Positions 9,204 through 19,179 are shown, counted from the stretch's first letter. The stretch is 35,231 bases of DNA from Leptospirales bacterium (GCA_040326155.1 JBEQLE010000044.1:1-35231), one strand, 5' to 3'. Numbers and translations: made by a program. Notes: generated by a model from the sequence alone, not told the origin.

Positions 9204-9317
9204 CATCTCGATTTTTTATTTTCTCCCCGCTACGGCTTTTTTATACAGGCACAATACTTTGTGCCTGTATAAAAAGATCCTCCGCTTCCCCTTTTATACT
9301 TTTGGTGGGTCGAGATG
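9204..9317. repeat. Palindromic REP/MITE-like element downstream of leuB
   Basis: Perfect 17-bp inverted repeat tttttatacaggcacaa-tact-ttgtgcctgtataaaaa (9238-9275), enclosed by 8-bp inverted ends catctcga (9204-9211) and tcgagatg (9310-9317). Confidence 0.6.
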
Positions 9318-9451
9318 TGACTCAATGAATGGATTCTATTTTATTAAAATAAATAGCATATTCTATAGTAATTAATTTATCTTTACATGATACCCTCTAA
9401 TTGATATCAATGGTTCAATGTTCCAACTTAGAATACATTAGGAGGACACAG

Positions 9452-10321
9452 ATGGATATTCCACAGGATATTTTGAAAGAAATTCAGGTAAAACAGTACA
9501 ATGCAAATGATTTCATATTCACCGAAGGTGACAAAAGTGACAACTTTCTATATTATGTACTAGATGGAAATGTGAATATCTATCAGAAAATTCATAATAA
9601 AAAAGAAAAAATAAATAGCTTAGGCAAAGGCCAATTTTTTGGTGAAATTTCATTAATAGTTAATACTCCGCGTACGGCAGAAGTTCGCTCCGGGATTACT
9701 GGCGTTAAGATCGCACTTATTGACAATGATATTTTCTCGATGATTATAAAAAAAGAAGTAAACTTTGTTTACAAATTTTTATTTGAAACGCTAAAGCGAT
9801 TCTCGGTAATAGAAGATAAATTAATAGCTATGAATAAACCGATACCGATTTTTCTTCAGGAAAAACAAACGTTGAATCTCTTACTTGAAAGTAGAGCTCA
9901 AAATGCGAACATCATTAATTATGTCAATAAAACTAGAGAAATCTATGGGTATATCGATAAAATACTATTTGTTGAAGGTGCAGACATGAAGTATCTTAAT
10001 CATATATTTTTTATTACGGAAGGTAGCATTTCACTGGTTAAACAGATTGATGATAAAGAAGTAGAAGTTTTTGAACTCAATAAAGGTGATTTGTTTGGAC
10101 TGGAAACTTTTATCAAAGGGAAAAGAAAGTGGGTATATTCCGCTATAGTTAAATCCAGTACCGCAAGGATTATTTTTTTAGACAAGACAATGTTATTAAA
10201 AACAGCCAAATTATATCCTGAAATATTTTCGGCTGTATATCACACCATACTTATATATTTTTTACAAGCAGAGAAAACATATAATCAATTATTGGAAGAA
10301 GAAGAAATTAATAGTGATTGA
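9452..10321 (+). CDS. Protein with two tandem cNMP-binding domains
   Basis: Domain 1: IFTEGD...YYVLDGNVNI...FFGEISLIVNTPRTAEV. Domain 2 degenerate: LFVEGA...FFITEGSISL...LFGLETF. AGGAGG RBS before ATG 9452. Confidence 0.88.
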   Translation: MDIPQDILKEIQVKQYNANDFIFTEGDKSDNFLYYVLDGNVNIYQKIHNKKEKINSLGKGQFFGEISLIVNTPRTAEVRSGITGVKIALIDNDIFSMIIKKEVNFVYKFLFETLKRFSVIEDKLIAMNKPIPIFLQEKQTLNLLLESRAQNANIINYVNKTREIYGYIDKILFVEGADMKYLNHIFFITEGSISLVKQIDDKEVEVFELNKGDLFGLETFIKGKRKWVYSAIVKSSTARIIFLDKTMLLKTAKLYPEIFSAVYHTILIYFLQAEKTYNQLLEEEEINSD

Positions 10322-10349
10322 TTCAACAAGAAATTTTATACAGCATTGA

Positions 10350-11714
10350 CTACTTTGCATGCAAAGTTGTAGTTCCATCAAATTTTTCTGGTAAAACGAC
10401 TTGAGATATCTTGTTGTTTTCATCATAGTCGAAAAGTTTTTCACATCTTTGAATAAATATCACCAGGCAGTAATCCTTTGAATTCGTTTCATGTAACTTT
10501 AAGAATATATCATAAGCCTCCTGAATATGTCCTGCACAGTACAGATTAAAGGCTTTTTCATATTGCTCGCTTTGCAGCAATTTTTCATTATTTTTTTCAT
10601 CTAAGAGCAACTCATATAAAATAACTGTCTCGGTTTTACCAACAACCCTGACTTTATCAATTATTCTAACAGAATACTTTCTTTTAAATTCTTCCAGATT
10701 CCCTATCGTATCCATTGTGTTGTGAGTCAAAAGAACGCTGGTTTTATAGTATTTAGTGAGACTTTCGACACGGGCTGAAAGGTTTACAACATCAGACATA
10801 ATGGCGCCCTCGAGGCGGTCTTTTTCGCCTATGATTCCTAACATGCATGCTCCGCTATTGATACCAATACCTATATCTATGGGTATATCATTATTTAAAA
10901 TTCTATCATAATTTAACTTAGCCAGGGAATCTTGCATTTCAACCGCACATTCGATGATATCTGTTACATCCCCCGGAAATGCCGCCATAATGGCATCTCC
11001 AATATAGGTGATAATAAATCCGTTGTGTTTTTTTACAATAGGCGCAATGACTTTAAGGTAACTATTTATAAAGGCCATCACTTCCTTTGGGGAAAATTTT
11101 TCTGATATCGCACTAAATCCGCGCATATCCGAAAACAATATATGAAAATTCTGCTCAATCGCATCACCCAATTGAACGCTGATTATGTCATCTTTCAAAT
11201 AACGAATTAGAGCCTTTGGAACGAAACGTTCATAGGCTTCATTGGTTTTCTGCAATTCTATAGTTTTTTGATTAACAAGATCCTCTAAATGGTCGCTGTA
11301 TTCTTTTAATGCAATATGGGTTTTTACGCGTTCCGTGACGATTGGAATACTAAAAGGTTTCGCAATGTAATCCACCGCCCCTAAAGAAAAACCTTTTTGT
11401 TCATCTTCGATTTCACTCATGGCTGTAATAAATATCACGGGTATACCGTTGCTGATTTTATCAGATTTTAATCTTTCGATAACCTCATAACCATCCATGC
11501 CTGGCATCATTACATCCAATAATATTAAGTCGGGCTTCTTTTCGGAAGCTGCAATTTTCAGAGCTTTTTGACCATTTAAAGCCACACTGATCCTGTAGGT
11601 ATCTTTTAGGGCAGAATTTAAGATATCAATATTTTCTGCTGTGTCATCTATAATGAGAATCCTTTTCTTTTCACCCTGCTGAGAAGTTAATTTAGTATTC
11701 ATTTTTTCCCCCAT
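10350..11714 (-). CDS. Response regulator with class III nucleotidyl (adenylate/guanylate) cyclase output
   Basis: REC (IIDD, LLDVMMPGMDG, ITA, KP); cyclase ILFSDMRGFS, YIGDAIMA, IGIGINSG, SDVVNLSARVE; TPR-like C-terminal tail. Confidence 0.93.
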   Translation of the reverse strand: MGEKMNTKLTSQQGEKKRILIIDDTAENIDILNSALKDTYRISVALNGQKALKIAASEKKPDLILLDVMMPGMDGYEVIERLKSDKISNGIPVIFITAMSEIEDEQKGFSLGAVDYIAKPFSIPIVTERVKTHIALKEYSDHLEDLVNQKTIELQKTNEAYERFVPKALIRYLKDDIISVQLGDAIEQNFHILFSDMRGFSAISEKFSPKEVMAFINSYLKVIAPIVKKHNGFIITYIGDAIMAAFPGDVTDIIECAVEMQDSLAKLNYDRILNNDIPIDIGIGINSGACMLGIIGEKDRLEGAIMSDVVNLSARVESLTKYYKTSVLLTHNTMDTIGNLEEFKRKYSVRIIDKVRVVGKTETVILYELLLDEKNNEKLLQSEQYEKAFNLYCAGHIQEAYDIFLKLHETNSKDYCLVIFIQRCEKLFDYDENNKISQVVLPEKFDGTTTLHAK

Positions 11715-11770
11715 GAAAGAAGAGCTTCAATAAATACCGGCCAATATCGCCGTGATCAGCCCAAATGGTT

Positions 11771-12802
11771 TTATACTGCTGTTTCTGCATATTTCTTTTT
11801 GAACACTAGAATTTCATCTAATGATGCAAGAAAGGCATCACTCAGTTCCGGATCGAAATGCTGGCCAGATTCTTCCTTGATTAGATTTACGGCTTTCTCA
11901 ATTGGCCAGGCATCCTTATAGGGACGATCTGTGGTTAATGCATCGAACACATCGGCTATGGCTACGACTCTGCCAACTAATGGAATCTCATCACCGATAA
12001 GTCCATGAGGATACCCTTTGCCATTCCACTTTTCGTGATGAGTTAATGCAGCAAGGTGGGCGATTTTCAGTAGTTCTGATTCATGTTCCCCAATAATGCT
12101 GGCGCCAAATTCCGGGTGTTTCTTAATAATTTCCCATTCGCCAGCATCAAGTTTGCCGGGTTTGAGCAATACCTTGTCTGGGACACCGATTTTTCCAATA
12201 TCGTGCATCGGGGCTGCATTAAATATCAGATCGACTTCTTTTTCATCCAGGTTAATTGCTTTGGCAATAATACGGGAGTAGTGGCTCATGCGGATGACGT
12301 GCATGCCTGTTTCGTTATCTTTAAATTCTGCCGCTCTGCCCAGCCTGATGATTATTTCCTGACGGGTCTGAATTAATTCTGCCGTACGTTGATTGACCTT
12401 TTCTTCAAGCGTTCTGTTTTGATCATACAGGGCGATCTGGGTTTGGACGCGGGCTCGGACGAGGGCAGGGTTAACCGGTTTAGTGATGTAATCTACCGCG
12501 CCTAATTCAAAACCCTGAGCTTCGTCTGTGACTTCGCCCTTTGCTGTAACAAAGATAACTGGTAAATTTTTTGTTCTCGGGTCACTCTTGAGTATACGAC
12601 AAACTTCATATCCATCCATGTCAGGCATCATGATATCCAGCAGTATAAGATCAGGTGTGTTTTCAAAGGCTGAAATCTTTAATGCTCGCTCACCGTTGGT
12701 TGCGGCTTTTATTCTGTACTCTGGAGAAAGAATCTCTGTTAATACGTCGATATTTTCTGATGCATCATCAACAACTAGAATCGTCTTCTGATTTTTATTC
12801 AT
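11771..12802 (-). CDS. RpfG-type response regulator, REC + HD-GYP cyclic-dinucleotide phosphodiesterase
   Basis: REC plus ETGMHVIRM, HDIGKIG, HHEKWNGKGYP, VAIADVFDALT, RPYK. ATG 12802 overlaps the kinase stop codon. Confidence 0.95.
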   Translation of the reverse strand: MNKNQKTILVVDDASENIDVLTEILSPEYRIKAATNGERALKISAFENTPDLILLDIMMPDMDGYEVCRILKSDPRTKNLPVIFVTAKGEVTDEAQGFELGAVDYITKPVNPALVRARVQTQIALYDQNRTLEEKVNQRTAELIQTRQEIIIRLGRAAEFKDNETGMHVIRMSHYSRIIAKAINLDEKEVDLIFNAAPMHDIGKIGVPDKVLLKPGKLDAGEWEIIKKHPEFGASIIGEHESELLKIAHLAALTHHEKWNGKGYPHGLIGDEIPLVGRVVAIADVFDALTTDRPYKDAWPIEKAVNLIKEESGQHFDPELSDAFLASLDEILVFKKKYAETAV

Positions 12803-15800
12803 TATGATATCCTGCCAACTCAATATTCAATCTGTTGATTTCGTCATTAAATATATTCAGCGCCTTTTCAAAATCGTACTGACGAAGTTCCTTTTCAATC
12901 GCTCCAATATCCATAGTAGCTTGAATGCCCGGGTTTTCATCACGGATGATCTCGAGTATATCGGATGCACGCGTATCATCCTCTTGCAAATAAGCTTTCA
13001 GTTCTTTCAGCTTTGGCTTTAGTTTCTCCATATCAACTTCTACAACGACCTGATCAGGCGCCGCAACATCTTCAGTTAGAGGCTTTAACGAGTTCAACAC
13101 TTTATCAAGCTCCCGCTTCATAAGGGTTTTTTCGGCGTCCATATTGCTACTCTGTTGAATTAGATTTTCGCAGGAATTTGCAGCTTTGAACAACGCTTTC
13201 GCACCAATATTGCCTGCTACGCCCTTTACGGTATGGGCAATGCGACGAGCTAACTCCATATCTTGATTGGCAATTGCATTTTCGATATTTTCCATCGCGT
13301 CATTCTGACTGTCGCGGAACTTTATCAATATTTTTCGATACAACTTTTTATTCCCTGATACTCGGCGTAGTCCATCGTCAATATCAATCCCATCCATTCT
13401 TGGAATCCGGATATCCGTAGATGTTGTGTCCGGTTTGTTTGTTTCATTAACGACATTCGTCGTCGGATTCGATGGTATCACCCATTTAGCCAACACATTA
13501 TATAGTTTTTCAGGTTCAACAGGTTTAGCTACATGGTCTTGCATACCCGCATCCAGGCATTTTTGCCTGTCACCGGACATTACATTGGCGGTCATCGCAA
13601 TAATAGGGAGTTCCTTAAACCGTTCATCGCTGCGGATAACCCCGGTGGCTTCAAAACCATCCATGACAGGCATCTGCAGATCCATTAAAATGCCATCGAA
13701 GGAATCTTTTTCAATAGCCTCTACAGCTTCTTTACCATTATTGGCGATGCTGACGGTGATGTCCGCTTTCTCAAGTAACTCCTGCGCCACCTGCTGATTG
13801 ATCTCATTATCCTCCACCAGTAACAGATGCGCTCCACGTAGCTGCTTGGAAATTTCGGGCATTTCTTCAACCCTGCTAAGACTCGGCCCACTTTCAATCT
13901 CTCTATTGAAGGCATACATGATAGAATCGAACAAGGTGGACTGATTCACAGGCTTCACCAGGTAAGCATTCACTCCAATATCCTGGGCTTGCTTCATCAG
14001 CTCTTCACGCCCATAAGCTGATACCATGATGATGGCAGGTTTGTAGTGAAGGGCCTGGTTCTGAAGAATACGTTTTGAGGCCTCGATACCGTTGATGCCA
14101 GGCATCTTCCAGTCCATCAACACCAATTTGTAGGGATTATCATCCGAAGCATCTTTCAGCTGTTGAACCGCTTCCTCACCCGAAGCCACTTCATCAGATT
14201 CAAATCCGAATAAATCAAGAAAGTTAGCTAAGATTTCACGGGAAGTTGGATTATCATCCACCACCAGAACCCGCATATTCTGCAGGTCATTGGGCACAAT
14301 TTGTAATTTCCGTTTCACCTCGCTTTTCGCATGATCGAACACAACATTGAAATAGAAAGTACTGCCCTGGCCCAGCTCACTCTCCACCCCGATTTCACCA
14401 CCCATCGCTTCAACCAGGTGCTTACAGATACTCAAACCGAGGCCGGTACCGCCGTACTTACGTGTGGTGGAACCATCGGCCTGTGAAAATGACTTAAATA
14501 GTTTCTTCTGTTGTTTTGCATTCAGGCCAATGCCTGTATCTTTCACCTCAAAACGAAGGTTTATCCGATCTGGACTCTCATCAATCAGACTGACCTTGAT
14601 GGTTATATCACCCGTATCGGTGAACTTCACGGCATTGTTTGCTAGATTAATTAATACCTGCCCAAGGCGTAGAGGGTCTCCACATAGTGCTGTAGGGATA
14701 TCGGAAGGAGAAGCGATGAGCAGTTCCAGGTCCTTTTCACTTGCCTTGACATTTACAATAGAACTGAAGTTGTCGAATACGTCATTCAGATCAAAGTCGA
14801 TCCGCTCCATATCCAGTTTTCCAGCCTCTATCTTGGAGAAATCCAGAATGTCGTTGATGATACCAAGCAAGCTCTTGCCTGAATTATAAACCTTGCTGAT
14901 ATAATCATGTTGTTTGGAATTAAGTTCCGTACCCAGAGCCAAGTGGCTCAGGCCAATAATGGCATTCATCGGCGTGCGAATTTCGTGGGACATATTGGCG
15001 AGGAAGTTAGATTTAGCCTTCGTCGCCTCTTCAGCTTCTTCCTTGGCTTGATGAAGTTCCTTTTCGGCCTTCTTGCTCTCGGTAATATCGTAGGCGCTAC
15101 CCAGGAATGAGACAACAGCGCCCTTGTCATCCATGATTGGAGAGGCGTTGGACATCTGCCAGCGATACGTCCCATCTTTATGCATTACACGATATTGAAT
15201 GTTAGTTGCTTTTACATTGGCCGTAACTACTTTTTCTTGCGCTTTGGCGCAGATGGAAATATCATCAGGATGAACAAAAGGCATGAATGACTTACCTTCG
15301 ACTTCGTTAAGATTATGCCCCAGAATCTCGGTCCAGTTGGGGGAGACATACGTGAACTCACCATCCACGTTCAGTATGTAGGTAATATTATTTGCGTTCT
15401 CAATAAGGATGCGGTGCTTCTCTTCACTTTCCTTGAGCTCTTTCGTGCGCTCTTCAACCTTGTTCTCCAGATTATCATGGGCTTGCTTCAAAACACGGTT
15501 GGCGTTGCGCCCTAACCAAATAAATAGACCCGCAAGAATAAGCGCGACCAAAACAGTCACGACAAGTACGAGTAAAACCGCAAAACGGATGGACTTAAAC
15601 ATCTGCATCGCTTCGTCTTGATCAACTTCAGTCGCCATACCTATACCGAGCTTATCATCCCACAACCACGCGCCTATCACAGTAACGCCACGGTAGTCCC
15701 GGTATCCTTCTAAATTGCTTCCATCGTTTCCGGAAATAGCATTGGCAGCCATCAGAGTGAACGGCAGAGCGCTCATGTCCGCAGGCTTTGGATGCCCTTC

Positions 15801-16697
15801 AAATAGATTCCCTCCGGGATCTCGAGCGTAAATATTTAGCGCGCTATCTTGGTTATTTTCAATGAGGCCTATTTCTCTCAGTTGAACATCGAAGCGACTG
15901 CTGGCAATGATTAAGCCACTCTTATCAATGGCATAGGTTTCCCCTGAATCACCGAAACGTCCCATCTGGGTGAATTTTGTAAAACTTTTACTGGGATCCA
16001 GACGAATACTCAATGCAGCAATTACTTCATGAGCACTATTCTTAATAGGCGCCAAAAAGAACATGGTTGGCTGAGAAGATATTTTTTTTCCGTTTTCATT
16101 TTTTAAAGCGACATCGGATACAATCGGTGGAATGAGAACCGTTTCACCCTGTAAAACCCTCTTGAAAAGATCGGGACGTTGCTTGGCAATTAGATTGGTG
16201 GTACCGATATTAGTATCCCGTCGGGAAGCGATGGAAATCCCGTCCGGCGCGATGATAAAAAAACCCTGCTGTTCGATTCTTTCCATTTCTTTAGCCATGT
16301 GGCTCCTGATAAGAGCAAGTGGCCTGCTCCGTAGCAACGCTCTCCGGTTATGTGGGAGTTTGAGTAAATTTTTAGTGATGATATTTAGCCTGGAGCTGTC
16401 AGATCTATGATTAATTTTCTCGAAATTATTATCTGCCCAAACGTTAATAATCTCATGTGCAGTATTGAGCATGGATTGTAATTGATCGTCGATCCGGTTG
16501 CGTTCATGTTCTTCAGCTTCACCTATGGCAAACCAGGAGACTGAAGCCACGATAAATAAGGATAATATAACAATAACAACAACAACACGCTTTCCCATAG
16601 AAGTTTTGTATAGACTCAACTGTCCAACGTCAGGTTGTTTACCCTGTATTCGCGACCAAAAGAAAGTCAACGCAACCAGAGCTCGATTTATCTTCAT
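12795..16697 (-). CDS. Membrane hybrid histidine kinase: Cache-like sensor, PAS, HisKA, HATPase, two REC, Hpt
   Basis: Two TM segments; GETYAID/YRDYRGVTVIGAW sensor; PAS (YVSPNW, VHPDD); FLANMSHEIRTPMN; DTGIG and GGTGLGL; two REC domains; AHTVKGVAGNIGA Hpt. Start could be 16598. Confidence 0.95.
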   Translation of the reverse strand: MKINRALVALTFFWSRIQGKQPDVGQLSLYKTSMGKRVVVVIVILSLFIVASVSWFAIGEAEEHERNRIDDQLQSMLNTAHEIINVWADNNFEKINHRSDSSRLNIITKNLLKLPHNRRALLRSRPLALIRSHMAKEMERIEQQGFFIIAPDGISIASRRDTNIGTTNLIAKQRPDLFKRVLQGETVLIPPIVSDVALKNENGKKISSQPTMFFLAPIKNSAHEVIAALSIRLDPSKSFTKFTQMGRFGDSGETYAIDKSGLIIASSRFDVQLREIGLIENNQDSALNIYARDPGGNLFEGHPKPADMSALPFTLMAANAISGNDGSNLEGYRDYRGVTVIGAWLWDDKLGIGMATEVDQDEAMQMFKSIRFAVLLVLVVTVLVALILAGLFIWLGRNANRVLKQAHDNLENKVEERTKELKESEEKHRILIENANNITYILNVDGEFTYVSPNWTEILGHNLNEVEGKSFMPFVHPDDISICAKAQEKVVTANVKATNIQYRVMHKDGTYRWQMSNASPIMDDKGAVVSFLGSAYDITESKKAEKELHQAKEEAEEATKAKSNFLANMSHEIRTPMNAIIGLSHLALGTELNSKQHDYISKVYNSGKSLLGIINDILDFSKIEAGKLDMERIDFDLNDVFDNFSSIVNVKASEKDLELLIASPSDIPTALCGDPLRLGQVLINLANNAVKFTDTGDITIKVSLIDESPDRINLRFEVKDTGIGLNAKQQKKLFKSFSQADGSTTRKYGGTGLGLSICKHLVEAMGGEIGVESELGQGSTFYFNVVFDHAKSEVKRKLQIVPNDLQNMRVLVVDDNPTSREILANFLDLFGFESDEVASGEEAVQQLKDASDDNPYKLVLMDWKMPGINGIEASKRILQNQALHYKPAIIMVSAYGREELMKQAQDIGVNAYLVKPVNQSTLFDSIMYAFNREIESGPSLSRVEEMPEISKQLRGAHLLLVEDNEINQQVAQELLEKADITVSIANNGKEAVEAIEKDSFDGILMDLQMPVMDGFEATGVIRSDERFKELPIIAMTANVMSGDRQKCLDAGMQDHVAKPVEPEKLYNVLAKWVIPSNPTTNVVNETNKPDTTSTDIRIPRMDGIDIDDGLRRVSGNKKLYRKILIKFRDSQNDAMENIENAIANQDMELARRIAHTVKGVAGNIGAKALFKAANSCENLIQQSSNMDAEKTLMKRELDKVLNSLKPLTEDVAAPDQVVVEVDMEKLKPKLKELKAYLQEDDTRASDILEIIRDENPGIQATMDIGAIEKELRQYDFEKALNIFNDEINRLNIELAGYHNE

Positions 16698-17083
16698 TAA
16701 GTCTATTCTCCTGAATATTCTTTACTGTGTCTGCAAAACAAATTGAATTCTGCCGATTTCAGCAAGCCTGATACTGATGCTATTAAAGCAAAAACCCGAT
16801 TAGGCTAGATCTCAACAGGGTAATGGCCTATTCGCTCCTATCGAAAGAGCAACAACGACAGCAACCAATACTAATGTATCTTTCATATCCATTTCTATTT
16901 CATTAACTCAATTTGTCACTATCATTCATTTTAATCTGGTAATGTCAATAGATTTTATATTACGGATAAGACTTCTCTGCCCATTAGCTCAATCCGGCCT
17001 AACCTTTATTTAATTTTCCATTTCATATATTACTATTCTCTTCTAAATTTGCCTGCAGAGACGGATGAATGCTCGATTATCAT

Positions 17084-17160
17084 CATAAGGCCAGATCTTT
17101 ATATTTTTTCCTTCGCACATCTAAAACAACTGCAAGAGCATCAACAAACTTTGGATTAAA
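17084..17160 (-). pseudogene. Relic of an HD-GYP C-terminus
   Basis: Reads FNPKFVDALAVVLDVRRKKYKDLAL*, compared with FDPELSDAFLASLDEILVFKKKYAETAV* at the end of 11771-12802. Confidence 0.45.
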
Positions 17161-17313
17161 CCTTTCTAAAATTATTTAATCGTGGTTGACAATTGGATCA
17201 AAATAAAAACTCTACAGATTATAAGAGCATTTTATAATTAGATGGAATGTCTAAAATATTTTTAAAACAACTCTTTGCGCGAGTAATTCGCATAAGTAAC
17301 CGGAGGTATTAGT

Positions 17314-17682
17314 ATGGCAGACAAGTGTATCCTAATCATCGATGATTCAACGGAATCCATTGATATCTTAGTTGATCTTTTAAAAGAAACCTATAAAATC
17401 AAGGCTGCGCCAAATGGCAAGCTGGGCTTGAAGATAGCAGGCTCTCCATCTCCCCCTGATCTTATTATTCTCGATATTGTTATGCCTGAAATGGATGGTT
17501 ATGAAGTATGTCGGGAACTGAAAGCAAATAACTCAACTAGTGATATTCCGGTTATATTTATGAGTGCCACTAGCGACTCAGATACAATTAAAAAGATAGA
17601 TGAAGTTGGCGGCGCCGATTTATTTTCAAAGCCTATAGAGCCTGATACTGTGACTTCAATGGTAAAGAAATATTTATCGTAA
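17314..17682 (+). CDS. Stand-alone response regulator (REC only)
   Basis: IIDD, PDLIILDIVMPEMDGYEVC, FMSA, KP; GGAGG RBS. Confidence 0.93.
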   Translation: MADKCILIIDDSTESIDILVDLLKETYKIKAAPNGKLGLKIAGSPSPPDLIILDIVMPEMDGYEVCRELKANNSTSDIPVIFMSATSDSDTIKKIDEVGGADLFSKPIEPDTVTSMVKKYLS

Positions 17683-17836
17683 CGTAATCCGTATCGTTAG
17701 CTTGCATCTCTTGAGGATCACTGGTTGCATATTTCACCGAATTTCCCTGAAATAGATAATATCGCAGTTATCGGAATAGACCTTACCAAGCGGTCGAACT
17801 AAGGTTTTTTTACTGGTATAAAATGGCGAACAGTAT

Positions 17837-17899
17837 TTAATCTGCCCGACCTGTTTCTGATAAATCCATGGCTTCATTTTCAATTTCTTTTAATTTCAC
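17837..17899 (-). pseudogene. Truncated addiction-module antitoxin-like fragment
   Basis: AGAGGA RBS then GTG: MKLKEIENEAMDLSETGRAD*, resembling the N-terminus of TIGR02574-type addiction module components; stops after 20 codons. Confidence 0.4.
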
Positions 17900-18127
17900 T
17901 TTCTTTTCCTCTCATCTGATGTACAAGATTTCTAACCAATAATCGTGTTTCTTACTGATTTGTTCAGAAGAATTATTAAGTTGATTTCCCCTTAATCATA
18001 TCATTATTTTCATTGCTGCGACAAGTGCAAATTTGTGCTTACAACGCAGATTTTAATTTCTACCATATTTCTTTTGATTAATAATCGATATTATGCTTAT
18101 TAGATCGTTTTTGATATTTATCTTTTG

Positions 18128-18290
18128 GCGAGCCCGGGAGGGGGTGAGCCTGACAGAATATCAACATTGATTTCGAAAATTATATAGAGTTGATGCGAAA
18201 AGTATTATTCAGGGAATTCACATGTTAGCGCACAGAGTGTTTAGGTAAACTTAAATGAGACGCCATCAGGCTCGTGCTAACAATTGGGAA
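18128..18290 (+). ncRNA. Candidate structured RNA element, possibly an orphan IS110-family non-coding end (bridge-RNA-like)
   Basis: GAGCCTGA(18146-53)/TCAGGCTC(18266-73), TGTTAGCGC(18223-31)/GTGCTAACA(18274-82), ATCAAC(18160-65)/GTTGAT(18189-94). The family assignment is from memory only. Confidence 0.4.
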
Positions 18291-18345
18291 ATATTTTTTT
18301 AAAATTACGCTTTACCAATTCAGTCCGCAATTTCAATAATAATCA

Positions 18346-19167
18346 GTGCCAGCGATTGAAAAAAAACACATTGGAAACCTAATTCTACTATGGGTCGCGA
18401 TTGATTTTATAATGAGCCTGGCATGGGCGCTTCAGATTTCGTATTACTATAATATACCCTATTTTCAGATTCTGGGACCCACCGCCACCAGCGTTTATTG
18501 TATTTCGTCCCTTTCACCGCTTTTTGGTACATACACCGGTCATAAGCTTCGAAAACGTCCTGTTGTTGTTCGGTTTTTATATATTGTACCGGCATCAGTT
18601 CTTGGCGCGGTTTTGGGTGTTTATTTATCTGAGTTTTTCAATTCGTTTCTATTTGCCAATGTGCAAAAACAACTTGGCAGTAAGATGCAGCAATACACCC
18701 TTACAACTTCGATTATTATTTCAATAATTGTTTCGATACTTGCCGCGACCATCGGCGTACTGCTCGAAAGAAACAGAAACTTTAAAAAACGTCTCGAACA
18801 ACTTGATATTACCCAAATTACAAAAGAACCAAAATTTGTCACATTTAAAAACCGGAATACTCGTAGTAAAATACGAATTGACGATATACAGTATCTGACA
18901 TCAACAGGGAAGCGCACCGTGCTTCACACGTCCGAAGGCGACATTGAGATTCCTCTTCTGCTAAAAAATGTCGGCATACAGTTGCCGGCAGCTCTTTTTG
19001 TTCGCGTTCATAAAAAACACATGGTACATGCAGGTAGAATTGGCGGACTTCGTCACGTGCATGCGGGCGCCTACGAGCTGACTTTAAACGATTCCGACGA
19101 TTCGATCATTCCCGTTGGCAGAAAATATTTAACAGAAATACAGGCCCTGTTTTCCCAGAACGTTTAA
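18346..19167 (+). CDS. Membrane-anchored LytTR-family transcriptional regulator
   Basis: About four N-terminal hydrophobic segments; C-terminal LytTR (IRIDDIQYL, FVRVHKKHMV, IPVGRKY). Confidence 0.88.
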   Translation: MPAIEKKHIGNLILLWVAIDFIMSLAWALQISYYYNIPYFQILGPTATSVYCISSLSPLFGTYTGHKLRKRPVVVRFLYIVPASVLGAVLGVYLSEFFNSFLFANVQKQLGSKMQQYTLTTSIIISIIVSILAATIGVLLERNRNFKKRLEQLDITQITKEPKFVTFKNRNTRSKIRIDDIQYLTSTGKRTVLHTSEGDIEIPLLLKNVGIQLPAALFVRVHKKHMVHAGRIGGLRHVHAGAYELTLNDSDDSIIPVGRKYLTEIQALFSQNV

Positions 19168-19179
19168 AAACTTCTGCTA

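Noticed and set aside
9452..11714. Pycsar anti-phage system (cyclase plus cNMP effector)
   Set aside because: The genes are convergent, the cyclase is REC-fused and the cNMP protein has no TM or TIR effector domain.
13426..16746. Many + strand ORFs inside the histidine kinase gene
   Set aside because: Antisense shadows of a long coding gene; the same applies to other short nested ORFs in the track.
16809..16892. Short hydrophobic ORF MDMKDTLVLVAVVVALSIGANRPLPC on the - strand
   Set aside because: Too short to separate a small membrane protein or relic from chance; no family signal.
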